Origin: Acidimicrobiia bacterium
Lineage (GTDB): Bacteria > Actinomycetota > Acidimicrobiia > Spongiisociales > UBA5794
Length of the DNA stretch: 64,000 bases
NCBI GenBank assembly: GCA_030431785.1
Contig: JAUIIM010000002.1
Location: 37,927 to 101,926, forward strand
Direction of reading: 5' to 3'
The position numbers and the translations under genes are program-made. A model generated the notes under the pieces. It saw only the letters and a list, made by a program, of their open reading frames with translations. It had not been told where the DNA came from and ran no database searches. The first letter of the stretch is position 1. Every line of letters starts with the position of its first letter. Below are positions 9,840-18,311 of this stretch, in pieces.

Positions 9840-11030
9840 CTAGCGGAACCAGCCCCGTTTGGTGTCTTGTTCTTCTTCGACCGCTTCGCCCTCGAACACA
9901 AGGGCTGCGACGGCACGCAGATCTTTCGCCGGTCGGGACCTCGGATACAACGAGATCACGGGCTCGCCTTCGTTCACTGCCCTCGGCACCAACCTATCAG
10001 ACGCAATCGCTGCCTGAACCTCGAGACCGAGCGCACGTTCGAGCTCATCGATGTCGAGACGGGCCTTCGAATTCACACGGTTGAGGACGAGCTTGATCTT
10101 CTCGAACGGGAACTTGATGAGTTCCAACGTGTCGAGTGCGAGCTTTGCGTTCTTGACCGCCGGGAGATCCATGTCCACGACGAGGAGAACAGCATCGGAG
10201 CGCTCGAGGATCGAGAGCACCGGTTCGTCCAGGAAGGGAGCGGTGTCGATGACGATGTAGTCGAACATGCGCTTGAGCATGCCGATCGTCTTCACCACGA
10301 CCTGTGTCGAGACCTCGTCGGCGAGCGACGGCTCGAGGGGGGCAGACAGGACGCGCATGCCCGAGCTGTGGGTTGCGAGAAGGCTGTCGAGAAGCGCCTC
10401 GTCCAACTTGTCGATGTCGCGGGCGGCATCGACGATCGTGTGCTGTGGCTCCACCTGGAGCGAGATGCAGACGTCACCGAACTGAAGATCGGCATCGAGC
10501 ACGACCACTCGTTCCGGGGCATCCGACATCGCGGCAAGACCCAACGCCGTGTTGACGGTCGTCATCGTCTTACCAGCGCCGCCCTTCGGCGACATGATCG
10601 TGATGACTTTCCCGATCTTGGTCTTCGCCGCACCCCCGGTCTGGATCATCGTCTCGACCTTCTCGATGTGGTTCAACATCGAGGAGACCTTCTGTCCGTC
10701 GAGGGGCATGTCCACGACGTCTTTGTAACCGACACGGATGGCTGCGCGGAGTACGTCGAGCGTTGGTTTCTCGGCTGCGAGCACGAGGGGCAACGTCGGC
10801 TGGATGTCCAGCAGCTGCGCCGCCTCTGCTACGCCGGCTTCGTGACCGAACCCGGGACCGATGATCGCCAACTCGATGCCCTCTTCGACCAGCTTCCGCT
10901 GGGCGTCGGACACGTTGCGGGCGGTGTAGACCTTGTGGCCGTCGAGCAGCCCAAGGATGGTCTCCGTTGCCGCGGCGTCCGTGTCGACGACGAGGATCGA
11001 GCGGGTGGCGATACCGGGGTCACTCGGCAT
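9840..11030 (-). CDS. tadZ: TadZ/CpaE-like ATPase (atypical receiver domain + MinD/ParA-like domain)
   Basis: Deviant Walker A MSPKGGAGKTMTT. N-terminal receiver-like ILVVDTDAAATE. The track ORF extends to 11261 through Arg/Ser-rich junk overlapping cpaB. The ATG at 11030 overlaps the cpaB stop by 11 nt. Confidence 0.85.
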   Translation of the reverse strand: MPSDPGIATRSILVVDTDAAATETILGLLDGHKVYTARNVSDAQRKLVEEGIELAIIGPGFGHEAGVAEAAQLLDIQPTLPLVLAAEKPTLDVLRAAIRVGYKDVVDMPLDGQKVSSMLNHIEKVETMIQTGGAAKTKIGKVITIMSPKGGAGKTMTTVNTALGLAAMSDAPERVVVLDADLQFGDVCISLQVEPQHTIVDAARDIDKLDEALLDSLLATHSSGMRVLSAPLEPSLADEVSTQVVVKTIGMLKRMFDYIVIDTAPFLDEPVLSILERSDAVLLVVDMDLPAVKNAKLALDTLELIKFPFEKIKLVLNRVNSKARLDIDELERALGLEVQAAIASDRLVPRAVNEGEPVISLYPRSRPAKDLRAVAALVFEGEAVEEEQDTKRGWFR

Positions 11031-12012
11031 TGAGCACCAACCCGACCTCTGCGGCGATCCGATCGAGGAGACCGAACAGGTCATCCACGACCACCGGCTG
11101 TGCGTCGTACGGGACGTACGTGCTGTCTGCTGGCAGGAGCGACAGCGCAACCGTCGTGTACTGCTTTGCGAACTCGATGATCTCAGCTTGCTGCGGCGTG
11201 ACCTCGAAGACGTAGACCTGCGCACCCTGTGGTTCGAGACCGGTTGCGAGCGGTGCAACACGAGTGTCTGGTCCGACCGCGATCACCTGGATCTCCTGGA
11301 GGATGGTCTCGGTGATGGCGTAGGTCGTGGGCAGTGCGTCGAGCAGGTTCGTCGGCGTTTCATCCTCGGGGTTGTCGACGGGCTCCTCAGGAGTCTCGAT
11401 GCCCTCTTCAACGAGCTCTTCGAAGAAGAGGTCACGAAGCTCGTCATTGCTCACGAGTTGGAGGAAGTCGAACGGAGACACCTCAGTCGAGGCGAGGATA
11501 TTGACGTTGTCACCCGGACGGATGAACGAACCACTGGCGTCCGGAGCATCGAGCAGCATCGAGATCGCCACCTTGCCTTCGGCTATGGATTCGTTCAGGC
11601 GTGTTTCCGTGTCTGCGACATCGACGAATGAATCCTGGGCGATCAGCTGACCTGCGGCGATCGGCCCGGCAGCGACGTTGCCGTCGAGGACGGATGCGAG
11701 GTCGGACGGGTTGCGAGGGCAACCGTATTCGTTCGGATCCTTCGATGCGTTGTCGCCGGCTGCGCCGAGGCACAGGATCGACGATCCCTCGAACACGACG
11801 TTCTGGCGAAGCGCCGTCGATTCCGCAATGCTCGGCTCGGCATCGATGCCCGCGGTGCGGGCAGGGATGTCCTGGACGGCGCGGTAGACGATCACCTCGG
11901 AGATATCACTCCGGATGTCGTCTTCCACGTTCGTCAGGTACTGGTAAAGGGCGAAACCCGAAATCCCAGCGAGCAGCACGGCAATGACAAGTACAAGAGT
12001 CCGGCGCCCCAT
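11020..12012 (-). CDS. cpaB: Flp pilus assembly protein CpaB/RcpC family
   Basis: N-terminal TM (TLVLVIAVLLAGISGFALY) followed by SAF-like and beta-rich regions. First gene of the tad operon, with GGAGGA 9 nt upstream of the ATG. Confidence 0.75.
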   Translation of the reverse strand: MGRRTLVLVIAVLLAGISGFALYQYLTNVEDDIRSDISEVIVYRAVQDIPARTAGIDAEPSIAESTALRQNVVFEGSSILCLGAAGDNASKDPNEYGCPRNPSDLASVLDGNVAAGPIAAGQLIAQDSFVDVADTETRLNESIAEGKVAISMLLDAPDASGSFIRPGDNVNILASTEVSPFDFLQLVSNDELRDLFFEELVEEGIETPEEPVDNPEDETPTNLLDALPTTYAITETILQEIQVIAVGPDTRVAPLATGLEPQGAQVYVFEVTPQQAEIIEFAKQYTTVALSLLPADSTYVPYDAQPVVVDDLFGLLDRIAAEVGLVLNAE

Positions 12013-12137
12013 ATCAGATCTTCCTCCAGAGGTGTCCTGAAACGTTCTGCGCGCGAATCAACACGATGTTGTTCGCACATCCATGAGAGGTTGGCACACG
12101 CCACGGTGTCCGGTCAAGGACTCCGACGGCGCATCGG

Positions 12138-13706
12138 TCAGCTACGACCGATCCCACGCTCTTTGAGCTCGGCGAGAATTGCTTCGAGAGATGAGTCTGC
12201 GGAGAACCCTGGGGCCTCGTCTGTAGATTCTTCTTCACGTTGGAATTCCCTCCGACGGGGTCGGCTTGGCTGTTGATCGCCCCACGAGGAGCGCTCCTCC
12301 CACTCAGGGAGAGCCTGCTTGATGGACAGGCTTACCCGTCGTCTGTCGGCATCGATCTCGGTGACCTTTACCGTTACTTCCTGACCGAGCGAAAGTTCCA
12401 ATTCAGGACTTTCCACGTGATGCATCGCGATCTCGGACACATGGACCAGACCTTCGACTCCATCACCGACCGAAACGAAGGCTCCGAAGGGAACCGTCTT
12501 GGTGACCTTCCCCGGGACGATCGCTCCGACATCGGTCGCACGAGCGAACGTCTCCCACGGATCCTCAGCGGTCTGACGGATCGAGAGGCTGATCCGTTCA
12601 CGGTCATAATCGACCTCGAGCACCTTGACTTTGACCTGGTCCCCGACCGTGACGATCTCGCCTGGGTGGTTCACATGACGCCATGAGAGCTCCGAGACAT
12701 GGACCAATCCGTCCATCCCGCCGAGATCCACGAAAGCACCGAAGTTGACGACACTCGAGACGACACCGGGGCGCACATCGCCCTCCTTGAGGTCCTCGAG
12801 GAATGCCTGGCGCTGTTCGGCCTGTTCCTCTTCGAGATAGGCACGACGCGACAGCACGACGTTGTTGCGGTTCCGGTCGAGTTCGATGACCTTCGCCTCG
12901 ATCGTCTCACCGACGAACGGCTGGAGGTCGCGGACACGACGGAGGTCGACGAGCGACGCTGGGAGGAAGCCGCGGAGACCGATGTCCACGATGAGACCGC
13001 CCTTGACGACTTCGATCACGTGACCCTCGACGGTGCCGCCAGCGTTCATCACGCCTTCGATGCGTCCCCAGGCACGCTCATACTGTGCTCGCTTCTTGGA
13101 GAGCACAAGGCGACCCTGGTCGTCTTCCTTCTGGAGGACGAGAGCTTCGATCTCTTCGCCGACCTTCACCACATCGTCCGGGTTTGCGTTGTTGCGGACG
13201 GAAAGCTCGTTCGGTGGGATCACACCTTCCGACTTGTAGCCGATGTCGACGAGGACCTCGTCCGGGTCGACACGGACCACGGTGCCTGCGACGATGTCGC
13301 CTTCTTTGAACTCGAACACCGTTTGCTCGACCGCGGCGGCGAAATCGTCAGCGCTCAGATCGTCGGGGACGTCCCCGATCGTCTTCGGAGCGCTGATGGC
13401 TGGGCGATCGCCGGCGGGAGACCGTGGTGCCGGTTCGTCTTCAGCCTTCTCCTCAGCCTTCTCAGGCGCGTCGGCAGACGCTTCAGGTTCGTCGGTGACG
13501 CTGGCCGCTTCTTCGCCAGCATCAGCGTCCGCTGCATCCGAAACCGGGGTCGCCTCAGGAGTCTCTTCGGTCGACTCGGCTGCTGGCGCCTCAGCGGCGG
13601 GCTCTGTGGCCGTTCCCTCCGCGACAGCCGTCTCGGCTGCCTCATCGGTGGTCACGGGTACTTCTGCCTCGGTGGTCTCGAGGACTTGGTCGTTGTCGTT
13701 GGGCAT
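12138..13706 (-). CDS. rpsA: 30S ribosomal protein S1 with ~105-aa acidic N-terminal extension
   Basis: Four S1 repeats (GDIVAGTVVRVDPDEVLVDIGYKSEGVIP, GTVEGHVIEVVKGGLIVDIG, VRPGVVSSVVNFGAFVDLGG, IVPGKVTKTVPFGAFVSVG). AAGGAGA upstream of the ATG at 13706. Confidence 0.93.
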   Translation of the reverse strand: MPNDNDQVLETTEAEVPVTTDEAAETAVAEGTATEPAAEAPAAESTEETPEATPVSDAADADAGEEAASVTDEPEASADAPEKAEEKAEDEPAPRSPAGDRPAISAPKTIGDVPDDLSADDFAAAVEQTVFEFKEGDIVAGTVVRVDPDEVLVDIGYKSEGVIPPNELSVRNNANPDDVVKVGEEIEALVLQKEDDQGRLVLSKKRAQYERAWGRIEGVMNAGGTVEGHVIEVVKGGLIVDIGLRGFLPASLVDLRRVRDLQPFVGETIEAKVIELDRNRNNVVLSRRAYLEEEQAEQRQAFLEDLKEGDVRPGVVSSVVNFGAFVDLGGMDGLVHVSELSWRHVNHPGEIVTVGDQVKVKVLEVDYDRERISLSIRQTAEDPWETFARATDVGAIVPGKVTKTVPFGAFVSVGDGVEGLVHVSEIAMHHVESPELELSLGQEVTVKVTEIDADRRRVSLSIKQALPEWEERSSWGDQQPSRPRRREFQREEESTDEAPGFSADSSLEAILAELKERGIGRS

Positions 13707-13814
13707 GTAAAGGTTGGTCTCCTTGGAAATACAGATTGCCTGCGGGCGCGAACGAATGGCCCGTAGGCACTACGGAGTGTACACGGAACCGCCCCGAATG
13801 TGGAGCCCAGTTCC

Positions 13815-13856
13815 CGACGAACGACGAACGACCAATGAACGATGACCAACGAACGA
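13815..13856. repeat. degenerate heptamer tandem array (CGACGAA-type, 6 units)
   Basis: CGACGAA CGACGAA CGACCAA TGAACGA TGACCAA CGAACGA read directly. Lies in the polA-rpsA intergenic region (rpsA leader). Confidence 0.85.
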
Positions 13857-13914
13857 GCCCCAGCGGCACGAGAGTCGTCCTTGCGGCGAAGCGCACGACG
13901 TCGTACCTTCGTCG

Positions 13915-13942
13915 TTTGTCCTTTGTCCTTTGTCCTTTGTCC
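13915..13942. repeat. perfect heptamer tandem repeat TTTGTCC x4 (GGACAAA on the rpsA sense strand)
   Basis: Four exact consecutive units read directly, 19 nt downstream of the polA stop. Confidence 0.95.
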
Positions 13943-13960
13943 TCTGTAGGCGCAGCCGGG

Positions 13961-16582
13961 TCAGTGTCCTGCCGCTGCCAGGTCCTTGCCGGCGCCATAG
14001 GAGACCTTGAGTGGCACGATGAGCTCGGTGACGTGTTCCATCGTGGTGATCGTCGTGTCGGTCACTTCGTCGAGTTCCTCGTCCGGGACTTCGATCACCA
14101 GTTCGTCATGGATCTGGAGCAACATCTCCGCCGAGGAGCCTGCCGACCGGAGCCGGGTATCGAGATCGATCATCGCCTTCTTGATGATGTCGGCAGCAGA
14201 ACCCTGGATGGGAGCGTTCAATGCCATCCGCTCCCCCATCTGGCGGTCTCTCGTCCTCCGGCTATGAAGTTCGGGGAGATAGCGTCTGCGGCCGAGGATC
14301 GTCGTCGTGTAGCCGGTCTGCTTCGCTTCCTCGACGATGCCGCCCATGTACGCCTGCACCCCGGGGAACTGGGCGAAATAGGCATCGATGTGCGCCTGGG
14401 CCTCGCTGCGATCGATATCGAGCCGTTGTGCCAGTCCGTATGCCTCCATGCCGTACAGGAGCCCGAAGTTGATCATCTTGGAGGTGCGCCGCATCTCGTC
14501 GGTCACCGCATCCAGCTCGACGCCGTTGACTCGGGCAGCCGTGGCTGCATGGATGTCGATGTCGTCAAGGAACGCTGCGACGAGACCGGGGTCTTCCGAG
14601 AGGTGTGCGAGGATCCGAAGCTCGATCTGGGAGTAATCGGCCACGAGCAGCGAACAGCCGTCTGCAGCGACGAACGCCCGCCGGATCGCACGCCCTTCTT
14701 CGGATCGGGCAGGGATGTTCTGGAGATTGGGACGTTCCATCGAGAGCCGCCCGGTCGCGGCTCCCACCTGATTGAACCTCCCGCGGACTCTGCCGTCGTC
14801 GTCGACGAGATCGAGCAACGCATCGACGTACGTCGACCGGAGCTTGTCGAGCTCCCGATACTTGAGCAGGTTGGCAACGATGTCATGCTCCCCCGCCAAC
14901 TTTTCGAGCACCGACGCATCCGTCGACGGGACACCTTTGGGTGTCTTCTTGACCACCGGCAAACCGAGTTGGTCGAAGAGGACCGACCGGAGTTGCTGTG
15001 TCGAGTTGATGTTGAAGGTCGAACCGGCGAGCTCGTGGATGTCTACCTCGAGCTGTGCGATCCGTGCCACGAGGTCGTCGTGGAGTTCGGAGAGGAGATC
15101 CGTGTCCATCTGGACGCCGGCATGTTCCATCTCCGCGAGGATCGTGATCAGCGGGAGCTCGACGTCCTGGAACAGTGCGAGACCACCACGGCCCTCCATC
15201 TGTGCACGGAGCGGGTCGACGAGACGTTCTACAGCGAGTGCGCGCCGTGCAGGTGTTTCGAGGTCAATCGCGCTCTCGTCGAAAGAGAAGGCAGCCTGTG
15301 ACCCCTCCCCTTCGCCACGGTCGACCTCGTCGACATCGATCCCGAGTTCCCGGTGCGCCAGATCCTCGAGACTCGGCGCACGCTGCGCCGGATTGATCAC
15401 GTACGCGGCGAGCAGCGAATCGAAGGCGACGAGCGGAACCGACAGATCCGCCTCCCGCAGCGCGACGAGGAATGGCTTGACGTCGTGCCCCTGTACACCA
15501 CCCTCGCGGGCAAGTTCGTCCAGAAGCGTCGGGGCATTGGTGAGGGGCACGTAGACACACGGGTCGCCGGCGACGACGAAACCGAGCAGATCCCCGTCGG
15601 ACCACACGGGATCGACTGCGATGGGGGCATCTGTCGACAGCTTCGCTGCCGCATCGGTGTCCGTCGCGGTGACCACCTCGACATCCACGACCGCCCGCTC
15701 GGCCTCGGTGACCCCACCGAGCTCTTCGAGCCGCTGCCAGAGACTCCGGAATGCGAGGTCGTCGAACAGCGACCGCACAGTGTCGCGGTCAAACGGTCGG
15801 AGCACGAGGTCGCTCGGTTCGATCTCAGGGATCGCAACATCGTGCACCATCGTCATCAGCTCACGATTGAGAAACACCTGATCACGGGCCACCTCGAGGT
15901 TTTCGCGCAGCTTCGGTGTCAGGTCTCCGAGTGCGTCGTAGAGGTCTTCGAGGCTCTCGAACTGGTTGATGAGTTTCGCCGCAGTCTTCTCCCCTACCCC
16001 TTGGACGCCGGGCAGGTTGTCGGACGAGTCGCCACGCAACGCTGCATACTCGACGTATCGATCCGGGGTGATCCCATACCGTTCCTCGATCCATGCAGGC
16101 GTCGCTTGGACCACGTCGGAGATCCCCCGCCGTGTGTACAGGATCGTCATCGCATCGGAAGAAAGCTGGAATGCGTCACGGTCGCCGGTGACGATGCACA
16201 CGTCGTAGCCGAGGTTCCGTCCTTGGTCAGCAAGGGTCGCAATCACATCGTCGGCTTCGAACCCGGCAACGCTGACCTGCGGCACCTCCATGGCCTCGAG
16301 GACTTCGCGGATCAGTGGGAGCTGCGACCGGAACAGGTCAGGGGCCGACTCCCGCGTTGCCTTGTACTCGGGATACCGCTCCGTCCTGAACGTCGGCTCC
16401 TTACGGTCCCATGCAACGGCCAACGCATCGGGGTTCTCGTCGTCAAGCAGCTTGATCAACATCGAGGTGAACCCGAAGACGGCGTTGGTCACTTGTCCGC
16501 TGGGAGTCGCAAGGTCCGGTGGGAGCGCATAGAACGCCCGATAGGCCAACGAATGTCCGTCGAGAAGCGCCAACTTGGTCAT
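13961..16582 (-). CDS. polA: DNA polymerase I
   Basis: 5' nuclease N-terminus MTKLALLDGHSLAYRAFYA. Pol motifs DYSQIELR, RRTSKMINFGLLYG, QIHDELV. The track ORF starts at GTG 16609 inside a heptamer array, so I prefer the ATG at 16582. Confidence 0.93.
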   Translation of the reverse strand: MTKLALLDGHSLAYRAFYALPPDLATPSGQVTNAVFGFTSMLIKLLDDENPDALAVAWDRKEPTFRTERYPEYKATRESAPDLFRSQLPLIREVLEAMEVPQVSVAGFEADDVIATLADQGRNLGYDVCIVTGDRDAFQLSSDAMTILYTRRGISDVVQATPAWIEERYGITPDRYVEYAALRGDSSDNLPGVQGVGEKTAAKLINQFESLEDLYDALGDLTPKLRENLEVARDQVFLNRELMTMVHDVAIPEIEPSDLVLRPFDRDTVRSLFDDLAFRSLWQRLEELGGVTEAERAVVDVEVVTATDTDAAAKLSTDAPIAVDPVWSDGDLLGFVVAGDPCVYVPLTNAPTLLDELAREGGVQGHDVKPFLVALREADLSVPLVAFDSLLAAYVINPAQRAPSLEDLAHRELGIDVDEVDRGEGEGSQAAFSFDESAIDLETPARRALAVERLVDPLRAQMEGRGGLALFQDVELPLITILAEMEHAGVQMDTDLLSELHDDLVARIAQLEVDIHELAGSTFNINSTQQLRSVLFDQLGLPVVKKTPKGVPSTDASVLEKLAGEHDIVANLLKYRELDKLRSTYVDALLDLVDDDGRVRGRFNQVGAATGRLSMERPNLQNIPARSEEGRAIRRAFVAADGCSLLVADYSQIELRILAHLSEDPGLVAAFLDDIDIHAATAARVNGVELDAVTDEMRRTSKMINFGLLYGMEAYGLAQRLDIDRSEAQAHIDAYFAQFPGVQAYMGGIVEEAKQTGYTTTILGRRRYLPELHSRRTRDRQMGERMALNAPIQGSAADIIKKAMIDLDTRLRSAGSSAEMLLQIHDELVIEVPDEELDEVTDTTITTMEHVTELIVPLKVSYGAGKDLAAAGH

Positions 16583-16593
16583 GATGGCAGAGT

Positions 16594-16628
16594 ACTCAGT
16601 ACGCAGCACTCAGCACTCAGTACCGAGA
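16594..16628. repeat. heptamer tandem array ACTCAGY-type (5 units)
   Basis: ACTCAGT ACGCAGC ACTCAGC ACTCAGT ACCGAGA. Begins 12 nt upstream of the polA ATG. Confidence 0.9.
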
Positions 16629-16643
16629 ACGCAAGCGTCCGGC

Positions 16644-16688
16644 CGAGGCTCGAGGCTGTGTACTTTGTACTCAGTACTTCGTAGTCGC
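16644..16688. repeat. two further heptamer arrays (CGAGGCT x2; TACTNNG x4)
   Basis: CGAGGCT CGAGGCT at 16644-16657. TACTTTG TACTCAG TACTTCG TAGTCGC at 16661-16688. Confidence 0.85.
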
Positions 16689-16704
16689 TGAGCGAAGCTC
16701 AGCG
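16686..16704 (-). terminator. short hairpin directly after the tadG-like stop
   Basis: CGCTGAGC-GAA-GCTCAGCG (8-bp stem) ends 1 nt from the stop codon at 16705-16707. No U-tract. Confidence 0.35.
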
Positions 16705-18303
16705 TCACTCGACGATCTTGACCGGGTTGCCCTCGACCCGGGCCGACCACGTGGTCGTGTCGTTCGAGTTCGCCGTGTAGTTGTAGTCGATCTTCCACCA
16801 GCAACCCGGCACGGTCCCGACGGTGCAGGTGTATGTGTCCGGGATCCGGATCCGTACCGTGACCAAGTGGTTGTTGTAGATGGCGCTACCGCCGCCGGTC
16901 GTGGTCTGGATGGTGCAGGCGCCCGGCGAGCCACTATTGCCGTTGGTCGCTGACCATTCGCACGGGAGGGGGTTCCCTCCATTGACGGACGGTGGAGGGT
17001 CGACGGACATCCATGCAGCTGCATTCGACTCACCCGGATCCCAGAGTTCGATGACAAGGTCTTTGCCCTTGTGGATCGGATCCACCTCGGCGAGATAGAA
17101 CGACGTGTCGGCGACAGCACCCTGGACATTCGAGTAGATCGCCATGTCACCCAGGCCGTAGATGCGGGCCGTTGCGCCGCCGGTCGCCTTCATCGACCAG
17201 CGGTTCAGCCCCTGTTCGCCGTCGTTCTTGATCAGGACCCGGATGGGATACGTCCCTTCGGCGAGATTCCGGGTGCACACCGGATCCCAAAGGTCGTCGA
17301 GGTCGCTGATCGCACCCTTCGGATCTGCGATGGGGCCGTTGGTATTGAGGTAGGCGTCGTAGTCGGCGAAGGTCGTGTTGTTGTTCGCCGTGGGCATGAG
17401 TGCATCCCTCGGCTCGAACTCCGAGTAGCAGAGCACCGTGTTGTCCGACGTGTCGAGCGGCGTGGGGTCTGAGTCGTAGAGGATCCAGACCGTCGTCGGA
17501 CCGGGGCTGCCACCGCGAGGGTTGTCACCGACGAGGACGAAGTCTCCGCCTCCCCGCGTGAACTGACCGTCGAACACCTGGAGTGTCACCGACCCTGCAC
17601 TCGTGACTTCGAGACCGTAGAGGTAGCCACCGGAGTTCGAGGAGGTCGACCCGATCGTCGGCGGCGAGTACACCGTCGGTCGGGCCTCATGGTTCGCGGT
17701 ACAACCCGAGCCGGAGCCGGATCCGAGACACTGTGATGCATACCGGTCACCCATGCTCCGGCCGGTGTAGTAGCCGTGGATGTTGCCCCAGAAGTTCGGC
17801 AGGTGTCCGGTGGTCGGATCGTTCCCGAACTCTGGTTCGGGGCTGCCGAGCGGCAGCGGTGTCACGTACTCCGCCACTGCGGTCTTCGTCACGTCCACCG
17901 TGTTGAGACCAAAGATCCGCATGAAGAAGGTGTCCACCGGTTGGGTGATCGTCACCCGGAGCTGCTGGTTGTTCGCCACGGCGGTCGAGTCCGAAACGGC
18001 ATCCGCAGGCGTGACCGTCGCCCCCGAGGCGAGGTTGAACCCGTTCTCCGACGCCGATTGGATCGCGTTGAAGAATGCGTTGGCTTGATCGTCCGGTTCG
18101 TAGATCACTCCCGACAACGCAGCGGCATCCGCACCGTGTTGGATACGGATCCCGTTCCAGAAGAGCCATCCGAGATCGATGGCGAATCCAGCCATCCCCA
18201 TGAACACGGTCAGCATGCCTGCGGCGAGAACGAGGACGGCACCGCGTTCCTTCGAACGCATGGATTCCCAGTTGTCACGAACCGATGTCAGGAGGCGTCG
18301 CAT
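16705..18303 (-). CDS. TadG-like (Tad_N domain) pilus-associated protein
   Basis: N-terminus ERGAVLVLAAGMLTVFMGMAGFAIDLGWLF is typical of the TadE/G-like family. Large Gly/Thr/Asn-rich extracellular part. No vWA DxSxS motif seen. Confidence 0.75.
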   Translation of the reverse strand: MRRLLTSVRDNWESMRSKERGAVLVLAAGMLTVFMGMAGFAIDLGWLFWNGIRIQHGADAAALSGVIYEPDDQANAFFNAIQSASENGFNLASGATVTPADAVSDSTAVANNQQLRVTITQPVDTFFMRIFGLNTVDVTKTAVAEYVTPLPLGSPEPEFGNDPTTGHLPNFWGNIHGYYTGRSMGDRYASQCLGSGSGSGCTANHEARPTVYSPPTIGSTSSNSGGYLYGLEVTSAGSVTLQVFDGQFTRGGGDFVLVGDNPRGGSPGPTTVWILYDSDPTPLDTSDNTVLCYSEFEPRDALMPTANNNTTFADYDAYLNTNGPIADPKGAISDLDDLWDPVCTRNLAEGTYPIRVLIKNDGEQGLNRWSMKATGGATARIYGLGDMAIYSNVQGAVADTSFYLAEVDPIHKGKDLVIELWDPGESNAAAWMSVDPPPSVNGGNPLPCEWSATNGNSGSPGACTIQTTTGGGSAIYNNHLVTVRIRIPDTYTCTVGTVPGCWWKIDYNYTANSNDTTTWSARVEGNPVKIVE

Positions 18304-18311
18304 CTTCTCCC

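Noticed and set aside
8849-11033. Plus-strand ORFs 8849..9802 (317 aa), 8856..9674 (272 aa) and 9768..11033 (421 aa)
   Set aside because: They are antisense to tadA and tadZ, which have Walker motifs. Their composition (many Asp/Arg/His/Val runs) is typical of the mirror frame of GC-rich genes.
12014-12238. 74-aa ORF 12014..12238 (minus strand) in and next to the cpaB-rpsA gap
   Set aside because: It overlaps the rpsA 3' end out of frame, has no SD and no recognisable features. The gap more likely holds the tad operon promoter.
12699-16684. Plus-strand ORFs 12699..13766 (355 aa), 13736..15301 (521 aa), 14772..15554 and 15353..16684 (443 aa)
   Set aside because: They are antisense to rpsA and polA, both of which are unambiguous, and they contain no recognisable domains.
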